Part shown: piece by piece, positions 9,150 through 18,807 of the stretch
How positions within the stretch are numbered: position 1 is the stretch's first letter
Layout of the letters: the number at the start of each line of letters is the position of its first letter
From: a virus
Length of the DNA stretch: 64,000 nt
Direction: 5' to 3' (one strand)
IMG/VR virus record: IMGVR_UViG_3300024262_000017
Location: 58,546 to 122,545 of that record
Notes under the pieces: model-generated
Databases searched by the model: none
What the model saw: only the letters and a program-made list of their open reading frames with translations
What the model was told of the DNA's origin: nothing
Made by a program: the position numbers and the translations under genes

Positions 9150-10602
9150 TATCCCAGAAGTAAAAATCCAAGGACGCTTCTCCTTTGCGTTATGGGCATA
9201 TGATACTAACACCAGCTTTTATGGTCGTAAGTGGCGTGCTCACCGAGCTAGAGATGGTCTGTGCATTGTGTTTGGCCCTCCACATAATGCACCCGCTGTT
9301 AACGATGTGGATTATTTACGGCAAGTAATGGATGCACCCTTTATTCCTACGCTTGTTAACCCCAATGGACCTATTTGGTTTGAGCAACTACGCAAGCATA
9401 TTGTTGTCACAGAACAAATGTCTTTCTTGCGTCGGGTTTCTAAGGGTGCCATGGGACAGGGTATTGGGTTGCTTGAAAAGAAAAATGGTAAGTGGGAAAA
9501 AACAGTGTGGGAATATTTTGACCTGTACAAACACTGTTTCAATCTAGAAAAGGTAGCATCCAATTGTGTTGACTGTGTAGAAAATAATAGGGGGTGTTTC
9601 TTGTACACTGCTACTTCCATGTGTAATGAACAAGGACTCCCGGTACCTGTGTTTCCCCCTGAAGAAGAAGACAGTGAACCAGTGATTGACACCATGGAAA
9701 CTGAAGACATCGGAGCCTTCTGCACAGCTGTGAGTAAAGGAACACGATGGGAATATGTTTCTCCTCGTGATGCTAACGACGATCCATTTTCTCCAATGCT
9801 TCTCAACATTGAAGAGCTAGAGTTTCACCATGTAGAAGCAAACCGAGAAAAGCGGCATGACACTGCAGTGAAGTCTGCTGCTACACGCAAAGCTGTAAAA
9901 ATATGTGAGAAGGAATGCTGCTACCATCAGTACTGTAGTCTTTCTACGAAGCCTTACAATGGAATACCACAAGAATGCCAAGCAGGGTCATCATATGTGT
10001 CACTCTCAGTAGGTGGCCCTTATACTGAAGAGCAGTTCAATGATTCCTTCAAACAATTCTGGGATTGCCTACCTCATATTGACAGGAGAAAGGTTGAACT
10101 GATTGCTCAGAATGGTGGCCTAATTACTAACTTGTATGGGCGTGAACTCATGCTGCAGCGCATGTCTGAAGACATGGATGCAGTGGATTTCCTATGGGTT
10201 GGTAGCGGGGATACCCTGCGGGTAGACTTTGAAGAAGCCGTCTTGCTTTGCACGACTCCGTTTTTTAGTGGTAAAAAATATGTCTACCCTGGGTGGGAAG
10301 ACGCAGGCCCCATGCCAGATGAGTTGTTCCACACTTATGTTGAAATCTGCCAGCATGATGAAACGCTACAAGGTGGCTGGGGGTTCTCAAACAGCTACCC
10401 TATTATTCGAGAAGTTGAATGGTGTGGATACAGTATTCGTTTTGACACTAACAAGAGTTGGTGCTCAGGACGTTGCATGGGCGTGTTCGAATTTGTAAGT
10501 CGCTATGCGCGTGGAACATTCCCAAAAACCGCAAAGCATATTAGGTTACAGGAAGAGGCGGAAATGGTTCATCAGGAGACCAGCTTGAACATGCAGCTTT
10601 GA
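9130..10602 (+). CDS. Hypothetical Cys-rich protein downstream of RT
   Basis: 490 aa, TTG start after GAGGTGG, overlaps the RT end by 20 nt, several CxxC/CxxxC clusters. Confidence 0.72.
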   Translation: MVQLTLDIPEVKIQGRFSFALWAYDTNTSFYGRKWRAHRARDGLCIVFGPPHNAPAVNDVDYLRQVMDAPFIPTLVNPNGPIWFEQLRKHIVVTEQMSFLRRVSKGAMGQGIGLLEKKNGKWEKTVWEYFDLYKHCFNLEKVASNCVDCVENNRGCFLYTATSMCNEQGLPVPVFPPEEEDSEPVIDTMETEDIGAFCTAVSKGTRWEYVSPRDANDDPFSPMLLNIEELEFHHVEANREKRHDTAVKSAATRKAVKICEKECCYHQYCSLSTKPYNGIPQECQAGSSYVSLSVGGPYTEEQFNDSFKQFWDCLPHIDRRKVELIAQNGGLITNLYGRELMLQRMSEDMDAVDFLWVGSGDTLRVDFEEAVLLCTTPFFSGKKYVYPGWEDAGPMPDELFHTYVEICQHDETLQGGWGFSNSYPIIREVEWCGYSIRFDTNKSWCSGRCMGVFEFVSRYARGTFPKTAKHIRLQEEAEMVHQETSLNMQL

Positions 10603-11875
10603 CTGCGTCGTAGGCAGCCTCCAGATTGTCATAGGCGGTCTGGAGGTTTGCCTGCGCTGTATTGTAAGCCGCCTGGGTTGTAGTCATTGCTTTCTGTGCA
10701 GCAGTTACCTCAGCTGTCTTGGTGCTTACCTGGCTTGAAACGTTGTTCTTAGTGAGTGTCATTTCATTGACGCCCGATGCGGCAGTAGAAGCGTCGGTCT
10801 CACCTGTGAGTCTCGCAGTAGCAAAGCGGTCACGGCTACCTTCTAATGCAGGTAGATTAGGACCTTCACCTGTGTCTACAATGACAACAGCTGGTTGAGC
10901 CATATCCCAGAACATCCCTGGTTGAGTCGTGATGTTTACAGTATTGACGAGAGCAAATTCATTATCAACATATGGTGTGTTAGGAGTGATGAGCCACGTA
11001 CGAGCGTCGTTATCAAAAGCAATCAGTGTACCTACGCTCGTACCACCACTGGGGGCATCAGTAACAAGACCTCCGATGTCTGCGCTTGTAAGGTCAGTAT
11101 AGATTGCAATGTTGTCCATCGTTAATTCAATGGCGCGTTCTTGATACCGCGGGAAGTAATGTTTGTAATCCTCAATGAACTTATCTGTTTCAGAGAGGAA
11201 TGCCTTTCCATACACAACAGCCAGGTTGTTTAAAGAGCTTTGGGCATTCGTCAAGTAGGTCAATGATGTTTGCATTGACGCTTGGAAGGCCGTCCAATCT
11301 GCAAGCGCTGTAGTTGCCGTTGAAAGATTTGTGCCTGCATTTGTGAGGTCTGTTTGTGCTGAACTTAGCGCAGTTTCAGAATCTTCGTAAGCAGTGTACG
11401 CGTCAGCGTAAGTTGTCTTCAAGGCTTCGATGGTTGTGGAGTCAGTTGAGGGATAGTACTTAGCTTCCTCAGGTGACGTTTTGAAAGCAGCATCATACGT
11501 TGCAAACTCAGTAACGAGGGTGTTGAGTCGGTCTGATATTGCTGCGACTGCAGCGTTGGCAACATCAAAATCAGTGTAGTCTTTGGTGAAAGCATCTGCA
11601 CGCCAATAGCTTTTGCCACTGGCAATTGCAGCAGAGCGGTCAGGCTTATAGCCAGCTTCATCAGGGTCTAAATTGAGTGCATCCAAATCAGCCAGCTGAA
11701 CAATTCGTGTGAAGACATCTTGCTGGGGGTCATCATCATCGACTAACTCCATCAAAAAAAGATGGGTGTCAGGCATTGGTCCCTTGTCTACACACTGAAC
11801 TACAACGCGAAAAGTCTGAACACCATTTACGAATATGACGCCACGTGTTTCACGCGTTTGTACCTGGGTTCCCAT
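10541..11875 (-). CDS. Putative virion protein with Ala/Thr-rich coiled coil and inserted beta domain
   Basis: Likely start MGTQVQTRE. Heptad-rich segments. N-terminal domain resembles the 11881-12288 product. Confidence 0.7.
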   Translation of the reverse strand: MGTQVQTRETRGVIFVNGVQTFRVVVQCVDKGPMPDTHLFLMELVDDDDPQQDVFTRIVQLADLDALNLDPDEAGYKPDRSAAIASGKSYWRADAFTKDYTDFDVANAAVAAISDRLNTLVTEFATYDAAFKTSPEEAKYYPSTDSTTIEALKTTYADAYTAYEDSETALSSAQTDLTNAGTNLSTATTALADWTAFQASMQTSLTYLTNAQSSLNNLAVVYGKAFLSETDKFIEDYKHYFPRYQERAIELTMDNIAIYTDLTSADIGGLVTDAPSGGTSVGTLIAFDNDARTWLITPNTPYVDNEFALVNTVNITTQPGMFWDMAQPAVVIVDTGEGPNLPALEGSRDRFATARLTGETDASTAASGVNEMTLTKNNVSSQVSTKTAEVTAAQKAMTTTQAAYNTAQANLQTAYDNLEAAYDAVKAACSSWSPDEPFPPLPVT

Positions 11876-11880
11876 GTGAA

Positions 11881-12288
11881 TTATACTCCCGTGATGGGCG
11901 TTGAAGTAGAACCAATCCAATTGTCAGCGGAGTAGGTCTCCCAATCTGTAATCAAATTTTGAAGACGCGTGATTTGAGTGTCGGCCTCTGCAGAAGCATC
12001 AGCCAGGTTCTCAAAGTCCAATGTGAAGGTGAATACCCTGTAAAATTCTTCTCCGGGGGGCACCGGTTCAGCTGGTTTCGCATTGGGGAAATTGAGGTAA
12101 TCACCAAGGGTAACCACATGTTGATATGAATCAGTCGCTGAGTCCAACAAGAATACCTGGGGTTCAGTGAACCCTGTCGTAGTAGAATCTACTACAACAA
12201 CGGACAGTAACCGAAACCGGTAGTCACCATTGGGTGGGTCAATGTCCACAACTGTTTTGGTTTGTGTGATAGTAATCTGCGTTGCCAT
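11881..12288 (-). CDS. Putative virion protein
   Basis: Start MATQITITQ with SD AAGGAAG. Confidence 0.7.
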   Translation of the reverse strand: MATQITITQTKTVVDIDPPNGDYRFRLLSVVVVDSTTTGFTEPQVFLLDSATDSYQHVVTLGDYLNFPNAKPAEPVPPGEEFYRVFTFTLDFENLADASAEADTQITRLQNLITDWETYSADNWIGSTSTPITGV

Positions 12289-12341
12289 GGGGCTTCCTTT
12301 TCCTTGGGGTAACGGTCGAAAAGGTTTATTATTCTTACATA

Positions 12342-12941
12342 ATGGTAGGACAGACCAGAGCCCAAAGCAAGAAGGAAGTCTGCGTAGGAGGAATTGACCC
12401 CTCACTCAGGTTCACAGGTGTTTGTATCCTTCCTCCCACAGGAGAGCACATACTCCACTTGGTGAGCTTCCCTAAATACCGTGGTGCCAAGAGGCTACTG
12501 GCTATCCGAGAAGAAGTTGTGTCCATCCTTGAAGTCTACAACATTAGCTTGGTAGCATTTGAAGGCTACTCTTACAATTCTGTAGGGAAGTGGTTTGACC
12601 TTGGGGAAGTTGGCGGGGTTCTCAAAGTAGAACTTGCAATCCGAAACATTGAAACCTTAGTTGTGCCTCCGGCTTCTCTGAAAAAGTTCGTCACCAATAA
12701 TGGGCAAGCAGATAAAGACCGGATGGTGCGTGAGGTAAATGCCCATTACCTTTTCTCCCTTGCTGAACCTGTAACCAATGACAATCTAACTGACGCTGTT
12801 GGCCTCGCCCACTTCGCCCGCGTGGCTGACACTGGCGATAGCTCCCGGCGTTGTGAACTGGAAGCTGTGAAGAATTTGTACGAGGGGAGTACGAAGAAAA
12901 AGAAGAAGAAAACCTACAAAAAGTTCTGGGCGGCAATCTAA
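12342..12941 (+). CDS. ruvC: RuvC-like Holliday junction resolvase
   Basis: GIDPSLRFTG, AFEGY, LGEVGG, LKKFVT.NGQADK and NLTDA motifs. Confidence 0.82.
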   Translation: MVGQTRAQSKKEVCVGGIDPSLRFTGVCILPPTGEHILHLVSFPKYRGAKRLLAIREEVVSILEVYNISLVAFEGYSYNSVGKWFDLGEVGGVLKVELAIRNIETLVVPPASLKKFVTNNGQADKDRMVREVNAHYLFSLAEPVTNDNLTDAVGLAHFARVADTGDSSRRCELEAVKNLYEGSTKKKKKKTYKKFWAAI

Positions 12942-13279
12942 TGGATGACCGATGTGATGATGCTGTATCAACAGGGTATACGAAGAAAATCAAGTTCGGC
13001 TGTGGCAGCCTGTACCTGACCATCAACTTTGATGCTCAGCAGAAACCTTCGATGGTACTTGCACACCTGGGAAAGACAGGGTGTTGCGAACGTGCCCTCT
13101 TGGAGGCGTTGCTTCGGAGCTTGAACCGACACTTAGATGCAGGGACTTCTCTGAGCCAGGTTGTTCATGACCTGGTTGGCATACGCTGTGACAAAGGTAT
13201 CTTAGGTGCAGGGCGCCTGTCTTGTGTTGATGCAATTGGACATGAGCTGAAAGCTTATATCGTGGAGGAGGACACATGA
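12941..13279 (+). CDS. TSCPD-domain protein (class II ribonucleotide reductase C-terminal-like)
   Basis: TKKIKFGCGSLYLTIN, GKTGCC, L.GIRC and LSCVDAIG motifs. Confidence 0.8.
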   Translation: MDDRCDDAVSTGYTKKIKFGCGSLYLTINFDAQQKPSMVLAHLGKTGCCERALLEALLRSLNRHLDAGTSLSQVVHDLVGIRCDKGILGAGRLSCVDAIGHELKAYIVEEDT

Positions 13280-13485
13280 TTTTTGAATGCGCCAAGTGCA
13301 AGGAAGTTTTTGAAGCTGGCAATGGTGTCCAAATAGTAGTCCACGAAAAAACAATCGGAAGAATTTGTCCTGCTTGCATGGCAGGCGCACAAACTATCCA
13401 GTTGATTTTACAGCAAAAATCTCCTGGCCAAGCTTACACGCTGGAGTATATAGACGTCACTCCAAGAGAGGAGTTTACTGAGTAA
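13276..13485 (+). CDS. Small zinc-ribbon protein
   Basis: CAKC...CPAC, SD GGAGG. Confidence 0.65.
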   Translation: MIFECAKCKEVFEAGNGVQIVVHEKTIGRICPACMAGAQTIQLILQQKSPGQAYTLEYIDVTPREEFTE

Positions 13486-13773
13486 ATGCCAAAAAACGTT
13501 GAGACACGCCTGGGCCTGACCCCCATGTTCAAGCGCCTGGCTTATCATTTCTTGCTGAAAGGAATCGGCCGGCACCCAATCAGACACAGCTTGTATGATG
13601 AAGTTGAGGTGGCGGAACTCTACCCGTGGCAAACAAACCCCGAGCGCACAGATGAGTATGGCGCAGGGATAATCGTTACGTTCTTCAATCAGGGCAGCCG
13701 AATCAGGTGGACCGAGTTCTCGGTCAGGTATTCTGGAGGCGGAGGAAATCCAGCCATCTTCCAAATTCAATGA
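13486..13773 (+). CDS. Hypothetical protein (possibly frameshifted at 3' end)
   Basis: Abuts the upstream stop. An alternative frame continues to 13822. Confidence 0.6.
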   Translation: MPKNVETRLGLTPMFKRLAYHFLLKGIGRHPIRHSLYDEVEVAELYPWQTNPERTDEYGAGIIVTFFNQGSRIRWTEFSVRYSGGGGNPAIFQIQ

Positions 13774-13835
13774 AGTAGATTTAGCGAGAGGCGAAGCCGA
13801 CACTCTAACACTCAACATCTAAGAGGGGTCTTTAC

Positions 13836-14012
13836 ATGGATATACGTGTCCTTGCGCTTCGTACCGTAACACTGTGTGCTGTTCATTTTGGTAGTAAAAT
13901 TTTGAACCACACTATCAAAGAGCTGGAACGAATGTCCTCTCACCACGAGAGAAAGAAAAAAAGAAAGCATCAAAAACCTGTATTCCGAGTCCTGATTGGT
14001 GGTAGGAAGTAG
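13836..14012 (+). CDS. Small basic protein (58 aa), missing from ORF track
   Basis: SD AAGAGGGG. MDIRVLALR...FRVLIGGRK, followed by a terminator. Confidence 0.55.
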   Translation: MDIRVLALRTVTLCAVHFGSKILNHTIKELERMSSHHERKKKRKHQKPVFRVLIGGRK

Positions 14013-14018
14013 TAGAGG

Positions 14019-14047
14019 GAGCGCACGGAGACGTGCGCTTTTTTTTA
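14019..14047 (+). terminator. Intrinsic terminator
   Basis: GAGCGCACG-GAGA-CGTGCGCTT plus T-run at a convergent gene junction. Confidence 0.8.
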
Positions 14048-14049
14048 GC

Positions 14050-14532
14050 TCAACGAGAACCCACGTAAAAGCCTATGCCAAAGCCTGCAGTAGCCAGCAC
14101 CACCGTGCCTGTAATAATCCAGGGCAAATAGTTCCAAACACTTCGAGCTTCTGCTTTCTTCAGTGCAACCGTGGTGTCTTCTAAGACCTTTTGTTTCTCT
14201 GCATTTCGTTCTTCCAAACGATCAATGGCTCTTCCGACAAGAGTGTTGGCTTCGCTCAACTTTTGGTAAGCCAAGTCCACATCTGCATACTTCAACTTCA
14301 GTCCTTCAAATTCTTTGAGCTGAAGTTGTAGGTCCAAGTCAAGTTTGACAATCGTTTGAGCTGTTGTGAAATCGTAACACGCAAACTGAGGTGCCGGCTC
14401 TGAACCACACTCCATGCGTTCCCACATGGGAAAGATTTTCATCTCTGCCGGAGCAACGATAGCAAAGAAGAAGACCAAGAAAAAACTACTTACGGCCAGC
14501 TTCTTCTTCCAACTGTTTCCAGTCTTGTGCAT
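14050..14532 (-). CDS. Membrane/exported coiled-coil protein (possible lysis accessory)
   Basis: N-terminal signal-like segment, coiled coil, C-terminal TM helix. Confidence 0.65.
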   Translation of the reverse strand: MHKTGNSWKKKLAVSSFFLVFFFAIVAPAEMKIFPMWERMECGSEPAPQFACYDFTTAQTIVKLDLDLQLQLKEFEGLKLKYADVDLAYQKLSEANTLVGRAIDRLEERNAEKQKVLEDTTVALKKAEARSVWNYLPWIITGTVVLATAGFGIGFYVGSR

Positions 14533-14860
14533 TGTCTACCCTCTTCTTGGCTTCTTCGATTTCTTTTTTGGCAACGATAAGTCGGGTGTCAATTTCGGCA
14601 GCTTGCGCCCGAAGCCGCTCTGCTTCTTCCCTCAACGCCCGCGCAAGATTCTCGTCAGTCTCATTGGCTGCCTTCGTTTCTGCGTCTTTGACGCGTTCGT
14701 CCGCGAGTTGCTTTTCAGCTTCGAGCACGGCCACCTTGTCAGCTTGGCGTTTGAGATACCAGATAAGCACTGCTAAACCAATAGCAATGAGCACCCCCAG
14801 GATCCATTTCCACACCTGGCTGTCTGTCTTCTTTACTTTCTCGACAAGCGAGTCAAGCAT
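14486..14860 (-). CDS. TM + coiled-coil protein (i-spanin/Rz-like topology)
   Basis: WKWILGVLIAIGLAVLIWYL followed by a charged coiled coil. SD AGGAG. Confidence 0.65.
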   Translation of the reverse strand: MLDSLVEKVKKTDSQVWKWILGVLIAIGLAVLIWYLKRQADKVAVLEAEKQLADERVKDAETKAANETDENLARALREEAERLRAQAAEIDTRLIVAKKEIEEAKKRVDNAQDWKQLEEEAGRK

Positions 14861-14868
14861 GGGAACTC

Positions 14869-17800
14869 CTAGTGTGTGGTGGCGCTACTGTACCAGTTGT
14901 TGCTCGTCCAAGTACACGCACCGGGAATACCAACACCAATGTTGTTGCTCGTGCCTGGCATACTAACTGCGTTGGCAGTAGCTTTTTGAAACACATTCCC
15001 AGAGAGACCTAAGAAGCAGTTGTTCTCCACGTACAACGCAGTGCCAGTACCAGTAACGTTGTTTCCTGTTACAACACCATACTCTGTTGAAGCCGCGGAA
15101 TGTATCCATATACCGTAAGTGGTGCTGACAATGGTGTTCCCAACAATGGCATACCTATCAGCGCCTGCATTAATACGAATCCCTGCAATGCTTCCAGTTA
15201 TTGTACACCCAGAGATAGTCACATCATCTCCGGTAACCAGAACGGCATAGGTGGATGCAGATGTGATTGTAATGGTGTTACCTACGAACGTTATATTGTT
15301 GGCGTCTAAGTAAGCACCAAAACCGTTACAGACATTTTGAGAGATGGTAGCACGGTCAGAATCGGCTACCCAGATGGCATAAAATTCACCAGTAAAAGCT
15401 GCCGAGGTTGGTGTGATGACATTTCCAGAAATGCGAATGTCTTCTGAATCATATACACGAATTCCATGGTATTCAAATGGGGCGAGGATGTCATTGTTAC
15501 TAATTTGCACAGCTGACCTAACACTACCACCAGATACACCGACTTCAATACACACAAAGTTTGCACCTGTAAGTGTACCAGCGTAACCTACAATGGTATT
15601 GCCATTGATTCGAGTGTGGTCACCCCCATCACCAATCCGAATGCCATAGTGTTTTGTGATACCAGACGTAGCATTGTGTCCAAAACTACCGAGAACATTG
15701 TTCTCAATGCAAACACCATCATCTCCATAAATACCACACAGTTTTCTGTTCAACCACAACTGGTTATCACGGATGATGAGAGGCTTCGTACCCCCCGACA
15801 CTTCAATCGCATACATTTCTTCAACGTCTTGCGCGTAAGTGCTTCCAAAATAGTTGCCTTCAATACTTCCCAACCTATTATTAGATATACTGCCTTTTAT
15901 GAAACCACCATTTGCAGCGATAATTTGGTTTCGAAGAACAGTGATTTCCATTTGATCAGACGTGCCCAAGTTGATAAGAAACCTGTCGTTTGAACTGTCA
16001 GAATAAACACCATCAACAATACGGCACCCAATGATTCGTAGTGTTTGGTATCGTGCTGAAGGAGACCCCACTGAAACCAACTGTAGGAAATTATTGATGC
16101 GACAGTTTTCAACATGCAACACTGATGGATATTGTTGAGGGGTAACAGCATGCGTTACAAATTCGAATGTCGGACGCGTCTGTGCTTGGCCTTCAACTGT
16201 ACAGTCAAACAAATACAGTGTTCCGCGAACAAGGAAGGCCACTTCTGCACCAGTACTATGAGTTTGGAAGAAACAATTTCTGAATGTAACCGGCATGTTT
16301 TCTGGTTCGTCAGTCGCACTTACTAACGTAACCGTATCTATAGAGACCAATTGCTGGTCATAGTTTGCAAGGATAGACACATCTTGAAAGAGCAATCCTG
16401 GTTGACGCTGGGCAGTCTCTCCTACAACTGAGATGACTGCAGAAACGTCATTAATGCCGGTGATGCTGTGACCATTTCCCAACACCCTTGTGCCAGGTGC
16501 AACGCTGGTGATGGTTACATTCTCTACCAAGTCTGCAACGAGAATTGCATCACCGCCACCCAGGGCTGCTAAAGCAATCACTGCGGCACTCAAGCTTACA
16601 TAATCATGCTTGGCTGCGTCATCTCCAACTGTCACAACTGGACGGTCAGTGATGTGTAAGTAAGGGTGGCGATACCCCATAGTGCTACCATCAATGTGGT
16701 CATCAGTAGCGTCAGCAAGCTCACCTAGCTGAGCACCAACGTCAGTTCCAGACAGTGTAAACTTGTCACGTACTTTCGAAGCTGTCGTGATGTGTCCTTC
16801 AGCATGCTTATCTAAGGGGCCATCTCCGGCGTTGACATGAGCATTGTAATGGCCCAACATTTCAACAAGCTGAGACCCAGGCGAACCAACGGACAAAGAC
16901 CGCGGGCTGTCTGTCCTTACAACGGCAGTGATGTCTGTGTCTGAATGTTGAAAATTCGGCACAGTTGCATCCATGTGACGGTCAATGGTCTTGAGCAGTT
17001 CACTGATGTGAGTGCGAACCTCACTCGCGGCAGGCAGCGTAACAGGTAGTGTCGTAACGGCGGGATCCCCAGTACCAGCATGAGCTTCAGCTGTGATGTC
17101 TGCATCTGCGTGCTGGTCAGCAGTCCCAGCAATGTGAGCTTCATACTCAGCACGCAGCTCAGAAACATCACCTGGGTCTGGTATCAAGCGCCCCGGTTTC
17201 CCTGACTCAAACATGACTCCGCTCAAGAAATAAAGGTTACCGTCGAATACTTTGCAAATAGGCACCATATGCCGGCGTTCAAACAGCCACGTATCCCTGT
17301 CTGGGACAGCAACACTGGTCAACTTTTTCAGCATCCCAGTCATCGTTGAGTCAGTTTGATTGTTGAGTCGGTCATCAGCGCCGGTAAAATTAACGACGAG
17401 GACATCACCTTCACCTAGTTCATTTCCTGCTGTAGCAAAAAACGAAGAGAGTGTTATGTTGTCAATCTTAATTCCTTCAGGGTCCATGGCACCATAGCTG
17501 TGGTAAATGTTACCCAGCCCATCATCATAGATGTCGCCATCACCGAAACGTCGTTGGGTTACTTCTGCAGTGCAATCACCAGCTGCCAATACTAAAGTTT
17601 TTGTTCCTCCGGTATTGATGTAGGTATCATGAGTACCAGCAGCTTGGAGAGCAGCGATGATATCCGCTGCAGTATTTCCACCCAGTTCCATCTCGATGAC
17701 AATAATCACTGGGCCATCAGCGGGGAAGGTTGGTCCAACTTCAGAAGCACCTTCAACACTGATGACTACACCACCGGTAGTGCGAGTACTCTCATCCACT

Positions 17801-18282
17801 CGAACAAATACGTTGTTGGCACCACTTCGACGACCAGCAATAACATCCCCGTGGTCGCGAAGCGTGGCATTTGTTTCAATGGTGAACGCCCCTCCACCCA
17901 CTGCATCATAGTACACATAAGTAGCTGGTACGCTAGACCCGGGAGCTCCACCACCACCTTCAGCTAGAGACAGCAATGGGATGATGTAAAAGTCACGTGC
18001 CGCAGGTGTGCCACCATTGTCGTTCACATCAAACTTACCTGTGACACTATCCCAAGCAACATGAGCATCAACATCAGCCATGATGGTGAGTGCACGGTCA
18101 GAAGCGGCAGTAGCTTCTAAGAGGTCATACTGCTTGCGCACATCTTCAGTACGTGTGCGTAAGTTTTCCGAAGGGCGCTCGAAGGTATCCTCGTTCGCAT
18201 CTTCTCCGTTCTTGACCGGTTGGATAGCTTCTTTGTAATTGAAACCCGTGTCTTTATTCTGAACGTAATAGTCGAGCGGCAT
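14869..18282 (-). CDS. Tail fibre/tailspike with C-terminal parallel beta-helix
   Basis: 1137 aa. Repeated I.GN.I / ISNN beta-helix rungs and His-containing shaft repeats. Confidence 0.8.
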   Translation of the reverse strand: MPLDYYVQNKDTGFNYKEAIQPVKNGEDANEDTFERPSENLRTRTEDVRKQYDLLEATAASDRALTIMADVDAHVAWDSVTGKFDVNDNGGTPAARDFYIIPLLSLAEGGGGAPGSSVPATYVYYDAVGGGAFTIETNATLRDHGDVIAGRRSGANNVFVRVDESTRTTGGVVISVEGASEVGPTFPADGPVIIVIEMELGGNTAADIIAALQAAGTHDTYINTGGTKTLVLAAGDCTAEVTQRRFGDGDIYDDGLGNIYHSYGAMDPEGIKIDNITLSSFFATAGNELGEGDVLVVNFTGADDRLNNQTDSTMTGMLKKLTSVAVPDRDTWLFERRHMVPICKVFDGNLYFLSGVMFESGKPGRLIPDPGDVSELRAEYEAHIAGTADQHADADITAEAHAGTGDPAVTTLPVTLPAASEVRTHISELLKTIDRHMDATVPNFQHSDTDITAVVRTDSPRSLSVGSPGSQLVEMLGHYNAHVNAGDGPLDKHAEGHITTASKVRDKFTLSGTDVGAQLGELADATDDHIDGSTMGYRHPYLHITDRPVVTVGDDAAKHDYVSLSAAVIALAALGGGDAILVADLVENVTITSVAPGTRVLGNGHSITGINDVSAVISVVGETAQRQPGLLFQDVSILANYDQQLVSIDTVTLVSATDEPENMPVTFRNCFFQTHSTGAEVAFLVRGTLYLFDCTVEGQAQTRPTFEFVTHAVTPQQYPSVLHVENCRINNFLQLVSVGSPSARYQTLRIIGCRIVDGVYSDSSNDRFLINLGTSDQMEITVLRNQIIAANGGFIKGSISNNRLGSIEGNYFGSTYAQDVEEMYAIEVSGGTKPLIIRDNQLWLNRKLCGIYGDDGVCIENNVLGSFGHNATSGITKHYGIRIGDGGDHTRINGNTIVGYAGTLTGANFVCIEVGVSGGSVRSAVQISNNDILAPFEYHGIRVYDSEDIRISGNVITPTSAAFTGEFYAIWVADSDRATISQNVCNGFGAYLDANNITFVGNTITITSASTYAVLVTGDDVTISGCTITGSIAGIRINAGADRYAIVGNTIVSTTYGIWIHSAASTEYGVVTGNNVTGTGTALYVENNCFLGLSGNVFQKATANAVSMPGTSNNIGVGIPGACTWTSNNWYSSATTH

Positions 18283-18297
18283 GTAAGTTCCCTCTTT

Positions 18298-18807
18298 CTA
18301 CGACAGGATCTGGAAGCGCCAAGTGTATTCGATGGAGATTGAACTGGTTTTTTCAAGCTGACCGTGAAGCTGTCTTGCATACATCAATACTCCAGTAATA
18401 CCTACAGCCGTAGGGTCATCGTTATTACCACGAGAAAAAAGGCCTATCTCCTGATAAGTGTAGCCATTACCTTCCCCTGATTCAATCGTCATTTGACATT
18501 CAATTTCACCAGTAGAAAGGTTGACTGAGAAAGGTTGGTCACAGGCTTTTTTGAAAGCCACCACATCCAACGTAGTATCATTGACATCGGGTGAGGTAGA
18601 ACCTGTGCCTGCATAGATAGCCCAGATTTTTGTTTCTTCATAGTCATCTGGCGTGGTTGCCTGTGAAATGAGCCTGGTTATAGCTTGTCGAGCTCCAATG
18701 CATACGAGGTTTGATTTCTCTTCTCGATAGAGCTCAGCACCACTCACTGCGTCCAGAACACGAACACACACATGACCTTTGAGTTTAACATTGTCTACGA
18801 ATTGCAT
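18298..18807 (-). CDS. Baseplate/tail-fibre attachment-type protein
   Basis: NLV..G, GTGST.P...DTTL, EGNG..YQEIGLF, YTW pattern typical of tail-collar/fibre N-terminal domains. Confidence 0.7.
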   Translation of the reverse strand: MQFVDNVKLKGHVCVRVLDAVSGAELYREEKSNLVCIGARQAITRLISQATTPDDYEETKIWAIYAGTGSTSPDVNDTTLDVVAFKKACDQPFSVNLSTGEIECQMTIESGEGNGYTYQEIGLFSRGNNDDPTAVGITGVLMYARQLHGQLEKTSSISIEYTWRFQILS

